64,000 bases of DNA from Acidimicrobiaceae bacterium. GTDB lineage: Bacteria; Actinomycetota; Acidimicrobiia; Acidimicrobiales; Aldehydirespiratoraceae. The notes under the pieces were generated by a model. It worked only from the letters and a program-made list of their open reading frames with translations, searched no databases and had not been told where the DNA came from. Below, piece by piece: positions 37,163-46,096 of this stretch (positions are counted from its first letter, which is position 1; the number at the start of each line of letters is the position of its first letter). The position numbers were made by a program, and so were the translations under genes. The stretch spans positions 17,440 through 81,439 of the forward strand of contig VXYK01000030.1 of assembly GCA_009845995.1 (NCBI GenBank), written 5' to 3'.

Positions 37163-38545
37163 ATGACGTCATCGGCGAACGTAGAACTCGCGCTTCAAGC
37201 AGACCGGCACCTGTGGGGTCATTTCTCCTCGCTCGGCCGCAGCATCGACGGCATGCCGATCATCGAACGCGGCGAAGGCTGCTACATCTGGGACAACCAC
37301 GGCAAACGGTTCCTCGATGGTCTAGCCGGTCTCTACGCAACCCAGGTCGGCTATGGCCGCGTGGAACTGGCCAAAGCGGCCGGAGCCCAAGCCGAGAAAC
37401 TCAGTTTCTTTCCCATCTGGACCTACGCCCACCCGATGGCCATCGAACTGGCCGCCCGACTCGCCTCAATATCACCGGGCGACCTCAACCGTGTCTTCTT
37501 CACCAGCGGCGGTTCAGAAGCGGTCGAATCGGCCTGGAAACTGGCCCGCCAATACTTCAAACTCATCGGTCAACCATTGAGAACCAAGGTGATCAGCCGA
37601 GACCTCAGCTACCACGGCACCAGCATGGGCGCGCTGTCGATCACCGGTCTGGCATCGGTCAAAGGGCCCTTCGAACCCTTGGTGCCCGGCGCGGTGAAGG
37701 TCACCAACACCAACGCTTACCGCAAACCCGAATGGGTCACCGACGACAGCTACTTCGCAGAAGAGATCGAGCAAGCCATCCTGCGCGAGGGACCCGAAAC
37801 CATCGCTGCGGTCTTCTTGGAGCCAGTGCAGAACGCCGGCGGATGCATCACCCCACCGGCCGGATACTTCCAACGGGTGCGCGAGATCTGTGACACACAC
37901 GGCGTGCTGTTGGTCAGCGATGAAGTCATCTGCGCCTACGGACGCCTCGGCGCCATGTTCGGTTCAGAACGTCTCGGTTATGTGCCCGACATCATCACCA
38001 GCGCCAAAGGCCTCACCTCGGGCTACGCGCCCCTCGGAGCGATGCTTGTCAGCGACCGCATCGCCGAACCGTTCGTCGACACCGATGAACAGTTTCTGCA
38101 CGGCTACACCTTCGCCGGTCATCCGGTCTGCTGCGCAGTGGCGCTCGCCAACCTCGACGTCTTCGAATCCGAAGACCTGCTCAGCAACGTCAACAACAAC
38201 GAAGCCGTTTTCCGGGCCGCCCTCGATGATCTCAGCGACCTGCCGATCGTCGGCGATGTGCGGGGAATGGGTTATTTCTACGGCATCGAACTGGTCAAAG
38301 ACCAAGCAACCAAAGAGACCTTCAGCGACGACGAGGCGCACCATCTGCTGCGCGGCTTCCTGAGCCACCGGATGGCTGAGTTGGGCCTCATCTGCCGCGC
38401 CGACAGTCGCGGTGACCCGGTGATCCAACTGGCACCCCCCCTGATCGCCGGGCCCGCCGAATTCGAGCGCATCAACAGCGTGCTGCGTCAGGCTCTCACC
38501 GAGGCCATGGCCGAGTCGGAGAAGCTGAGCGGGAGAACACCGTGA
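37163..38545 (+). CDS. Class III (omega) aminotransferase, putrescine/beta-alanine-pyruvate aminotransferase-like
   Basis: FFTSGGSEAVESAWKLAR, LLVSDEVICAYGRLG, and the PLP lysine block ITSAKGLTSGY. Confidence 0.9.
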   Translation: MTSSANVELALQADRHLWGHFSSLGRSIDGMPIIERGEGCYIWDNHGKRFLDGLAGLYATQVGYGRVELAKAAGAQAEKLSFFPIWTYAHPMAIELAARLASISPGDLNRVFFTSGGSEAVESAWKLARQYFKLIGQPLRTKVISRDLSYHGTSMGALSITGLASVKGPFEPLVPGAVKVTNTNAYRKPEWVTDDSYFAEEIEQAILREGPETIAAVFLEPVQNAGGCITPPAGYFQRVREICDTHGVLLVSDEVICAYGRLGAMFGSERLGYVPDIITSAKGLTSGYAPLGAMLVSDRIAEPFVDTDEQFLHGYTFAGHPVCCAVALANLDVFESEDLLSNVNNNEAVFRAALDDLSDLPIVGDVRGMGYFYGIELVKDQATKETFSDDEAHHLLRGFLSHRMAELGLICRADSRGDPVIQLAPPLIAGPAEFERINSVLRQALTEAMAESEKLSGRTP

Positions 38546-38997
38546 CCGTGCGGGTTGACCTCGACGACACCGACAAAGTGATCATCCGCGAACTGCAGGT
38601 GGACGGGCGCATGTCCTACAGCCGCCTCGCCCCGCTCGTCGGGCTGTCAGAAGCCGCAGTCCGGCAACGAGTCAACCGCCTGCAGGCGCGCAACGTCGTG
38701 CAGATTGTGGCGGTCACAGACCCGATGTCGTTGGGATACTCGATGCAGGCAATGCTCGGAGTAAAAGTCGGCTCAGAAGTCGCCAGCACCGCAGAGAAGA
38801 TCAGCCAAATCGCGTCGGTCGACTACACCGTTATCACTGCTGGTCGCTACGACGTACTCGCCGAAGCAGTGTGCACCGACAATGAGCATCTGCTGGAGGT
38901 GAGCAACCAAGTACGCCGCGTAGACGGGGTGCTCGACGTGGAAGTAATGACCTACCTGCGCATGGTGCAACAAAACTACGACTGGGGTACCGCATGA
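38542..38997 (+). CDS. Lrp/AsnC family transcriptional regulator
   Basis: The HTH is DKVIIRELQVDGRMSYSRLAPLVGLSEAAVRQRVNRL, followed by an RAM/ACT-like C-terminal domain. GTGA overlap with the aminotransferase stop. Confidence 0.88.
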   Translation: MTVRVDLDDTDKVIIRELQVDGRMSYSRLAPLVGLSEAAVRQRVNRLQARNVVQIVAVTDPMSLGYSMQAMLGVKVGSEVASTAEKISQIASVDYTVITAGRYDVLAEAVCTDNEHLLEVSNQVRRVDGVLDVEVMTYLRMVQQNYDWGTA

Positions 38998-40055
38998 CCG
39001 CAGCCGTGGAGATCACCGGCATCACCAAGCGATTCGGGGATGTAGTCGCCGTCGACAACATCGACCTGACAATCGCCGACGGCGAATTCTTCGCTCTGCT
39101 CGGTCCCTCCGGATGCGGGAAAACCACCACCCTGCGGATGATCGCCGGCCTTGAGTTCCCCACCCAAGGAAGCCTGAAAATCTTCGGCGACGAAGTCGGG
39201 ACGCTGCCACCCAACAAACGCCCGGTCAACACCGTCTTTCAGAACTACGCCCTGTTCCCCCACCTCAACGCTCTCGACAACGTCGCCTTCGGGCTCAAAA
39301 TGCAGGGAGTCGACAAGTCGACCGCCCGCAAAAGAGCGCTCGAAACGATCGATCTGGTGCAGCTGACCGGCATGGATGCACGCAAACCCTCAGAACTCTC
39401 AGGTGGTCAGCAGCAACGAGTCGCTTTGGCGAGGGCACTCGTAAACCAACCCAAAGTGCTGCTTCTTGATGAACCGCTCGGCGCGCTCGATCTCAAACTG
39501 CGCCAAGAAATGCAGGGAGAACTCAAGAACCTCCAACAGAACCTCGGCGTGAGTTTCGTGTTCGTCACCCACGACCAGGAAGAGGCGCTCACCATGAGCG
39601 ACCGCATGGCAGTGATGAACGACGGCAAGCTTCTGCAGGTAGGGAGTCCCGAAGAGATCTACGAACACCCCGCCAACCGGTTCGTTGCCGACTTCATCGG
39701 TCAGACCAATCTGTTGGAAGGCAGGGTCCTGGATTCTGAAACCGTCTGCCTCGCCAATGGTGCGCATGTCACAGGAACCAGCGACCTCCCCATGGGGACC
39801 GAGGTGGCGGTGAGCTTGCGTCCTGAGCGAGCCCACCTCGGCCCGCGCGACGAGACCCATTCCCGCCAGGCTGCGGTAGACGGCGTGGTCGAGTCGGTGA
39901 CTTATCTGGGCAATGCCCGGGTCTACCATGTCCGATTCGACTGGATGGTGATTGAAGTTCGAGAGGAGAACCGGCCCGGTGCGACCTTGCACGAACCGGG
40001 AACGCCGGTCTCCGTTTCGTGGGATCCGAGCGCAGTGTCGGTGGTGGCCGACTAG
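38994..40055 (+). CDS. potA: Spermidine/putrescine-type ABC transporter ATP-binding protein
   Basis: Walker A GPSGCGKTT, signature LSGGQQQRVALARAL, Walker B LLLDEP, and a C-terminal TOBE-like domain. ATGA overlap with the Lrp stop. Confidence 0.88.
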   Translation: MTAAVEITGITKRFGDVVAVDNIDLTIADGEFFALLGPSGCGKTTTLRMIAGLEFPTQGSLKIFGDEVGTLPPNKRPVNTVFQNYALFPHLNALDNVAFGLKMQGVDKSTARKRALETIDLVQLTGMDARKPSELSGGQQQRVALARALVNQPKVLLLDEPLGALDLKLRQEMQGELKNLQQNLGVSFVFVTHDQEEALTMSDRMAVMNDGKLLQVGSPEEIYEHPANRFVADFIGQTNLLEGRVLDSETVCLANGAHVTGTSDLPMGTEVAVSLRPERAHLGPRDETHSRQAAVDGVVESVTYLGNARVYHVRFDWMVIEVREENRPGATLHEPGTPVSVSWDPSAVSVVAD

Positions 40056-40960
40056 TGACCGCAGTCAAACTCCCGTCCGACGCCGAAGCTGCGGTCGCTA
40101 CACCGGAGTTTGAGGCAGCAGCAATCCGGCAGGAGTCGCGGCGCGGCTTTCTGCTGGCCATGCCCAGCTACGCATACCTGGTGCTGTTCTTCGCGGTGCC
40201 GTTGGTGATCGTGGTGGTGTACTCGTTCGCCACTCGCAACCGCTTCGGCGGCACCGATCTGTCGGGCTGGAACCTGGCAAGCTACGCACGGCTCAGCGAG
40301 CCGATCGTGCGCGACATTCTGTTCCGTTCGCTGTGGCTAGCGCTGCTGACCACGCTGATCTGCCTGGTCATCGCCTACCCGTTCGCCTACTACCTGGCGA
40401 CCAGAACCCCAGTCGTGCGCAACCTGATGCTCGTCTTCGTGATGATCCCGTTCTGGACCAATTTCTTGGTCCGCAACTACGCGTGGCGAGTCATTCTGGG
40501 CAACGACGGCCCGTTCACCGATGTAACCGAAGCCATCGGTCTGGGCGAGCGAGAGTTGCTGTTCAGTAAGACCGCGGTTGTTCTCGGTCTCGTGTACAGC
40601 TTCCTGCCGTTCATGATCCTGCCTCTCTACGCGGCTATCGAGCGCATAGACAAACGCCTGCTTGAAGCCAGCCGAGACCTCTATGCCTCGGGCTTGCAGT
40701 CGTTTCGCAAGGTGCTGCTCCCGCTGTCGATGCCCGGCGTGATCGCAGGATCGATTCTGGTGTTCGTGCCGAGCCTCGGCGCTTACGTCACCCCAGACAT
40801 CTTGGGTGGATCCAAAACCACTCTGCTCGGCAGCTACATCGTCACCCAGTTTCTGACAGCTCGAAATTGGCCCTTCGGTGCAGCGCTTTCATTCGTCCTG
40901 ATGGCGGTGATGCTCACCACAACGGTCGTGTACTTCCGCAAGGGAGGGCGCACCCTATGA
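40055..40960 (+). CDS. potB: ABC transporter permease (PotB-like)
   Basis: Track ORF 40019..40960. The GTG at 40055 overlaps the potA TAG by 1 nt. Six TM segments and an EAA-type loop (EASRDLYASGLQSFRKVLLPL). Confidence 0.82.
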   Translation: MTAVKLPSDAEAAVATPEFEAAAIRQESRRGFLLAMPSYAYLVLFFAVPLVIVVVYSFATRNRFGGTDLSGWNLASYARLSEPIVRDILFRSLWLALLTTLICLVIAYPFAYYLATRTPVVRNLMLVFVMIPFWTNFLVRNYAWRVILGNDGPFTDVTEAIGLGERELLFSKTAVVLGLVYSFLPFMILPLYAAIERIDKRLLEASRDLYASGLQSFRKVLLPLSMPGVIAGSILVFVPSLGAYVTPDILGGSKTTLLGSYIVTQFLTARNWPFGAALSFVLMAVMLTTTVVYFRKGGRTL

Positions 40961-41844
40961 GCAGGCTGCTGAACAAGACCGCGAACAAGACCGCCGGTAG
41001 CGCCGTCGAACCACATGGCTGGACCAAGGGTGTTCTGCAGGCCAACGGCTGGCTGGTGTATGCCTTCTTCTACGCCCCGATCCTGCTGCTGGTGATCTTC
41101 TCGTTCAGCGACAGCCGCAATGTCGGCGTGTGGGGAGGTTTCACTCTCGACTGGTACGAAGGGTTCGTCGACAGCCAACAAACCCAGGCCGCGCTCTGGA
41201 ACTCGGTGAAGATCGCCACGGTTTCCACCGGAATCTCTGTAGTTCTCGGAACCATGTCGGCCCTGGCTCTCGAGCGTTTCAAATTCCGCGGCAAGCAGGT
41301 CTTCGACGCTCTGCTCTATCTCCCCATCATCATTCCCGACGTGACCATGGCGGTGATGATGCTCCTGTTCTTCGCAGAGTTCTTCGATGTGCTCAACGCC
41401 GTCTTCGGCACCGAACTACGCAAGGGATTCAGCTCGATCGCCTTGAGTCACATCGCCTTCAGCATCAGTTTCGTGTCAGTGGTCGTGCGCGCCCGCCTAG
41501 CCGGCATGAGCAGCCATCTTGAGGAGGCCGCACTCGATCTCTACGCCACCCGTTGGCAAGCGTTCAGGTTTGTGACCTTCCCCCAGATTCTTCCCGGCAT
41601 CCTCGGCGGGGCGTTGCTGGCAATGACCATCTCGCTCGACGATGTCGTAATCACCCAATTCGTTACCGGACCAGGTTGGACAACTCTGCCGGTCTACGTC
41701 TTCGGTCTTATTCGAAGGGGCGTCACACCTCTCATCAACGCCGTATCGGTGGTGATGTTGATGGCTTCCATGACCCTCGTCGCGCTGTCGTTGCTCGTCG
41801 AACGCGTCCGCAACGTCGGCACCAACCAAAGGAGAGGCTTTTGA
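40957..41844 (+). CDS. potC: ABC transporter permease (PotC-like)
   Basis: Track ORF 40867..41844. The ATG at 40957 gives an ATGA overlap. EAA loop is EAALDLYATRWQAFRFVTFP. Confidence 0.82.
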   Translation: MSRLLNKTANKTAGSAVEPHGWTKGVLQANGWLVYAFFYAPILLLVIFSFSDSRNVGVWGGFTLDWYEGFVDSQQTQAALWNSVKIATVSTGISVVLGTMSALALERFKFRGKQVFDALLYLPIIIPDVTMAVMMLLFFAEFFDVLNAVFGTELRKGFSSIALSHIAFSISFVSVVVRARLAGMSSHLEEAALDLYATRWQAFRFVTFPQILPGILGGALLAMTISLDDVVITQFVTGPGWTTLPVYVFGLIRRGVTPLINAVSVVMLMASMTLVALSLLVERVRNVGTNQRRGF

Positions 41845-41924
41845 CCGACGACACAACAGACCCCCAAACCAGACCCCCAAACAGATCACTAATTTGGGCC
41901 CTGCGCCCTATTAAGGAGAAAACC

Positions 41925-43031
41925 ATGAAAAACCTAACTTGGCTGCGAATACTCGCCGGCCTGTTGGCATTTACTCTGGTCGCCGCCGCCTGTGGCGACG
42001 ATGACGAAGGTGCTGAACAGGCTTCTTGCGAAGTCGGCGAAACTGACGGCAACCTCGCCATGTACAACTGGGCCGAGTACATCGACGAGGAACAACTCGC
42101 CGAGTTCGCCTCAGAACACGGCATCAGCTTCACGCTCGATACCTACGACTCGAACGAGGCCATGCAACCCATCGTTTCCGCCGGTGGGTCTGGATACGAC
42201 GTCATCGTGCCGTCGGACTACATGGTGTCGATCTTGATCGACGCCGGCAGCATTCAGCCGCTCAACTTCGATGCCATCCCCAACGCCGCCAACATTTCCG
42301 CCGACTTCGAGGGGATCTACTACGACCCCGAAGGCGAGTTCTCCGTGCCTTATCAGTGGGGAACCACCGGTATCGGCGTGAACACCGCGGTGGTCGGCAC
42401 AGACTTCCCCCGCTCCTGGGGTTTGATCTTCGACCCAGCCATTTCCGGCGAATTCGACGGTGAGATCCAGCTGCTCAACGACCCACGCGAGACAATGGGT
42501 GCCGCTCTCAAGTACCTCGGCTACTCGCTGAACACCACCAGCCAAGCCGAACTTGACGAGGCCACCGAACTGGTCGCGTCAACCGGCTCTCGACTCGCGG
42601 CGTTCAACACCGACTCAGCGGACGAGTTCTTGACCAGCGGCGAAACAGTCATCGCCCACGGTTACTCGGGTGACATGTTCGTCCAATACCTCGAGACCGA
42701 CAACCCCGAGGACTACGTGTACTTCGTCCCTGAAGAGGGTGGTACTCGCTGGATCGACAACATGGCCATCCCATTCGACGCGCCGCATCCCTGCACCGCG
42801 CACACCTTCATCAACTGGATGCTGTCGGCTGAACAGGGTGCAGCGCTGACCAACTGGAACTACTACGCCACGCCCAATGAAGCCGCCTTCGAACTGCTGG
42901 ATCAAGAGCTGCTTGACTTCATCGGCAATCCTGCGCTCTACGCAGGCGGGGTCGAGTCACTCGAGGAAATCGAGGACACCGGCGACTTTGAGATCAACTA
43001 CGCCGATGCCTTCACAGAGGCCAAAGGCTGA
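41925..43031 (+). CDS. potD: Polyamine ABC transporter substrate-binding lipoprotein (PotD/PotF family)
   Basis: Track ORF 41553..43031. The ATG at 41925 is preceded by SD AAGGAG (41913-41918). Signal peptide with lipobox LVAAAC. NWAEYID, YDVIVPSDY and YQWGTTGI are typical PotD/F blocks. Confidence 0.85.
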   Translation: MKNLTWLRILAGLLAFTLVAAACGDDDEGAEQASCEVGETDGNLAMYNWAEYIDEEQLAEFASEHGISFTLDTYDSNEAMQPIVSAGGSGYDVIVPSDYMVSILIDAGSIQPLNFDAIPNAANISADFEGIYYDPEGEFSVPYQWGTTGIGVNTAVVGTDFPRSWGLIFDPAISGEFDGEIQLLNDPRETMGAALKYLGYSLNTTSQAELDEATELVASTGSRLAAFNTDSADEFLTSGETVIAHGYSGDMFVQYLETDNPEDYVYFVPEEGGTRWIDNMAIPFDAPHPCTAHTFINWMLSAEQGAALTNWNYYATPNEAAFELLDQELLDFIGNPALYAGGVESLEEIEDTGDFEINYADAFTEAKG

Positions 43032-43051
43032 CACAACCTCCTGTAGGGGAT

Positions 43052-43090
43052 GTCATGGACGGGGCGTGTCCTCTACGCTCCGTCCATGAC
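43052..43090 (+). promoter_or_regulatory. Perfect 11-bp inverted repeat (GTCATGGACGG-N17-CCGTCCATGAC) covering the start codon of the next gene
   Basis: Arms at 43052-43062 and 43080-43090. The 3' arm contains the ATG at 43086. It lies 21 nt after the potD stop and has no U-tract. Confidence 0.4.
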
Positions 43091-44027
43091 TCAACCCTTT
43101 CGCTTCGGCCTGCAGCTCCACTCGCCCATCGATCAGCTGAGCTGGCTCGACTCTGCCCGCTACGCCGAGGATCAGGGCTACTCGTCGATCCTCATACCGG
43201 ACCACTTCCACCACCAATACGGCCCGATAACCGCACTCGCCGCGGCCGCAGCGGTCACCACCGAGTTGAAACTGGGTGCCCTAGTTTTCGGCAACGACTA
43301 CCGCCATCCGGTGACGTTGGCCAAGGAGATGGCGACTCTCGACCAGATCTCGGAGGGTCGCTGTGAGTTCGGTCTCGGCGCTGGTTGGATGCGCACCGAC
43401 TACGAACAGTCCGGGATGACCTATGACCGGCCGGGGCTGCGCATCGAACGGTTCGTGGAGAGCCTGGCGATCATCAAGGGGTGTTGGGCGCAGGGGCCGT
43501 TCGACTTTGCCGGCGAGCACTACACGATCACCGGCTACGACGGTCACCCCAAACCTTGGACCGAGTCCGGGCCCCCGATCATCATCGGCGGCGGTGGCCC
43601 CCGGATGCTCGGGGTCGCGGCTGCGCACGCCGACATTGTCGGGGTCACCGCCAATCTTGGCGCTGGAGAGGTCGGCGTTGAAGCGATAGCAGACTCAATG
43701 CCTGATGCCTACGACCGAAAAGTTGCTCGTCTACGTGAGTGTGCCGGGAGTCGCCTCGACGAACTGGAGATCAGCTCGCTCACCATGAACACCACCATCA
43801 CCGACGACCGCGATGGGACTCTGGGGTTCTTCGCGGAGATGTTCAACTCTCCGGTCTCTGAGGTTGCCCAAACACCCGCTCTGCTGGTGGGTTCGGTTGA
43901 ACAGATCGTGGAGACCCTTCAGGAGCGCCGCGAACGCTGGGGCTTCAACTATGTGGTCGTGCAGCAGGACGGGGGGCAGGGCATGGAGCATTTCGGTAAG
44001 GTCGTCGCCGCGCTGGCCGGCACCTGA
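43086..44027 (+). CDS. Luciferase-like (LLM class, probably F420-dependent) oxidoreductase
   Basis: ATG at 43086 (MTQPFRFGLQLHS). ILIPDHF, LDQISEGRCEFGLGAGW. Confidence 0.82.
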   Translation: MTQPFRFGLQLHSPIDQLSWLDSARYAEDQGYSSILIPDHFHHQYGPITALAAAAAVTTELKLGALVFGNDYRHPVTLAKEMATLDQISEGRCEFGLGAGWMRTDYEQSGMTYDRPGLRIERFVESLAIIKGCWAQGPFDFAGEHYTITGYDGHPKPWTESGPPIIIGGGGPRMLGVAAAHADIVGVTANLGAGEVGVEAIADSMPDAYDRKVARLRECAGSRLDELEISSLTMNTTITDDRDGTLGFFAEMFNSPVSEVAQTPALLVGSVEQIVETLQERRERWGFNYVVVQQDGGQGMEHFGKVVAALAGT

Positions 44028-44084
44028 TCGGCAGCGAGCCTCAGCGCAATCGCTCTGGGCGGCGAACTGTGCGACACTGACTAG

Positions 44085-44669
44085 GTGCTGATCCTGGCGC
44101 GTCACGGACGTACGGCAAGCAACGCCGAATCGCGCCTGCAAGGTGACTCCGACATACCACTCGACGAGGTTGGCGAACTCCAGGCCAAGAACGCCGGAGC
44201 GTATATCCGTGACCGGTGGGACATTGACACGATCTTCACGACCTCGTTGCAGCGCAGTCAACAGACTGCAGTGCTGGCGGGCTTCTCGCCCGACATCCTT
44301 GAGGTTGACGATCGCTGGCGTGAAATCAGTTTCGGCGAGTTCGAGGGGCGAAAAGTCGAAGAGGTGGCCCCCGATCTGGGCACACGTTGGCGAGCCGACA
44401 TCAACTACAGGCCCAAGGGCGGCGAATCACTGCCCTCGTTGCACACCCGCGTTACCGAGGCTTGTGCGGAAATGACCGAGCGCGCAGCCGACGAGAATAT
44501 CTTGGTTGTGACCCACGCAACACCGATCAAATCAGCGGTGATCTGGGCCACCGGAGGAGACCCGGCGATGATCCTCAAGTTGTGGGTTTACCCGGGTTCA
44601 ATTTCGGTTCTCGACAACTGGGGCGGCAGCGCTGTACTGCTCGAGTTCAACCGCCACATTCACACTTGA
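44085..44669 (+). CDS. Histidine phosphatase family protein (phosphoglycerate mutase-like)
   Basis: The catalytic RHG motif is LILARHGRTASN. Later VVTHATPIK (second His). GTG start. Confidence 0.85.
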   Translation: MLILARHGRTASNAESRLQGDSDIPLDEVGELQAKNAGAYIRDRWDIDTIFTTSLQRSQQTAVLAGFSPDILEVDDRWREISFGEFEGRKVEEVAPDLGTRWRADINYRPKGGESLPSLHTRVTEACAEMTERAADENILVVTHATPIKSAVIWATGGDPAMILKLWVYPGSISVLDNWGGSAVLLEFNRHIHT

Positions 44670-44711
44670 CCGCTGGGATCCGGGGGTGTGGGTGTCGGCA
44701 GCGCCAGGGCG

Positions 44712-45188
44712 TTACCTGCCCCACTGCTCTTGAAGCGTGGCGTATACGCCCTGGTCCCACGAAAACTCCACCATGTTGCCGTCCGGATCGCGCAGCATCG
44801 TGATGTAACCGATCGGAGGGGGCATCATCGTGGGAGGCATCGCCAAACAGCCGGCGGACTCGCCTTTGGCTGCAATGTCATCGATGTCGTCTCGGGTGGG
44901 CAATTCCATGCCGAGGTGGGCGAACGGGGCGAGCGTTGCGAGCGGGGAGCCGGCGAAGGGGTCTTTGCCTTCGAAGAACTGCGCGAGCACCAAGATGAAC
45001 GGGTTGTTGGTTTCGCCTGGCATCCCCAACCAGGCACCGTACCCATCGGCGTCTTCACGTCGATCGATCAGTTCGAGAGGTGTGAATTCTGTGTACCACC
45101 TGATCGTTGCGTCCATGTCCTTGACCCGCAGAGCGATGTGCGTCCATCGAGGTTCGGTGGGGTGAAGTTGGTAAGTCGATTCGGTCAC
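44712..45188 (-). CDS. VOC family protein (glyoxalase/bleomycin-resistance fold)
   Basis: Track ORF extends to 45254. The GTG at 45188 is preceded by GGGAGG at a 6-nt spacing. WTHIALRVKDMDATIRWY, DPDGNMVEF. Confidence 0.75.
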   Translation of the reverse strand: MTESTYQLHPTEPRWTHIALRVKDMDATIRWYTEFTPLELIDRREDADGYGAWLGMPGETNNPFILVLAQFFEGKDPFAGSPLATLAPFAHLGMELPTRDDIDDIAAKGESAGCLAMPPTMMPPPIGYITMLRDPDGNMVEFSWDQGVYATLQEQWGR

Positions 45189-45215
45189 AGCAGGCCTCCC
45201 GGTCCCGAAACTAGC

Positions 45216-45236
45216 ATGGTCAGTTGGTCTGACCAA
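45216..45236. promoter_or_regulatory. 21-nt box ATGGTCAGTTGGTCTGACCAA containing GntR-type palindrome TTGGTC-T-GACCAA
   Basis: Read directly. It lies in the divergent VOC/GntR intergenic region. An identical 21-mer recurs at 54877-54897. Confidence 0.65.
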
Positions 45237-45272
45237 CAGCGCCAGAAACGGCAACCGAAGGACTGTGGTATC

Positions 45273-45285
45273 TTGGTCGGACCAT
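45273..45285. promoter_or_regulatory. Second GntR-type palindrome TTGGTC-G-GACCAT
   Basis: TGGTCGGACCA is a perfect palindrome 47 nt from the first site and about 50 nt upstream of the GntR start. Confidence 0.55.
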
Positions 45286-45333
45286 TGAACCGATCTGACC
45301 AGAATCCGCTCTGGCAGCTGGGGGACAACAAGC

Positions 45334-46059
45334 GTGATACCAGATGATCATCCCTTCGAACCGATATCGCGCCAGACCGTCAGTTCCCAGATTCGGACCC
45401 AACTGCTGGAGAGAATCACCACCGGTGAGCTCGCCCCAGGCGCACGGATGCCCTCGGAGCGAGACCTCAGCGAACGCTTCAGAGTTGCACGCACCTCCGT
45501 GCGGGAAGCGATGCAGGGTCTGGCATCTCTAGGCGTCGTGGAGCGGCGCGGCAACCGGTCCTACGTTGCGGAGCACCTCCCCGAAGTCGTCGTAGCACCG
45601 GGCGTTACCGGGAACGGCAAATCCTTCGTTGCCGAACTGTTCGAAACTCGTCGAGTACTCGAGGTGCCACTTTTCGAGATGGCCGCAGTGCGGGCGAGCG
45701 ACGAAGACCGCGAACGAGTCGCAGCGCTCGCAGCGCGTTTCAACGGATCTCTGGAGATCGGCAAATTCCGCCGCCTCGATCGTGAGTTTCACACCACTAT
45801 CGCCGCTAGCTGCGACAACCCGCTGCTCATCGAACTGTACGGCAAGGTGCTCGACCGGCTCTTCCGGTCAGTCGAGTTCTTCACGTTGTTGAGTTCGGAG
45901 GCCAACCAGGCCGAAGTCGCCCAAATCATCGCCGATTCATCCGACGGCCATCACGCGATCTCGGCCGCCTTCGTCGCCGGCGACGCCACAGCAATGCGAT
46001 TAGCCGCCGAATCACACCTCGACCAGGTCGAACACTCCATGATCGACAAACTCACCTGA
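45334..46059 (+). CDS. GntR family transcriptional regulator (FadR/FCD subfamily)
   Basis: The winged HTH is MPSERDLSERFRVARTSVREAMQGLASLGVV. The helical FCD-like C-terminal domain has His residues (FHTTIA, DGHHAI). Confidence 0.88.
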   Translation: MIPDDHPFEPISRQTVSSQIRTQLLERITTGELAPGARMPSERDLSERFRVARTSVREAMQGLASLGVVERRGNRSYVAEHLPEVVVAPGVTGNGKSFVAELFETRRVLEVPLFEMAAVRASDEDRERVAALAARFNGSLEIGKFRRLDREFHTTIAASCDNPLLIELYGKVLDRLFRSVEFFTLLSSEANQAEVAQIIADSSDGHHAISAAFVAGDATAMRLAAESHLDQVEHSMIDKLT

Positions 46060-46096
46060 CCGCCGTTTCGAGGTCAGGATCTTGCCGGACTCGGGA

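Noticed and set aside
41553-41924. Upstream extension of the potD ORF
   Set aside because: It overlaps the potC coding region in another frame. The real start at 41925 has an AAGGAG SD and a signal peptide with a lipobox.
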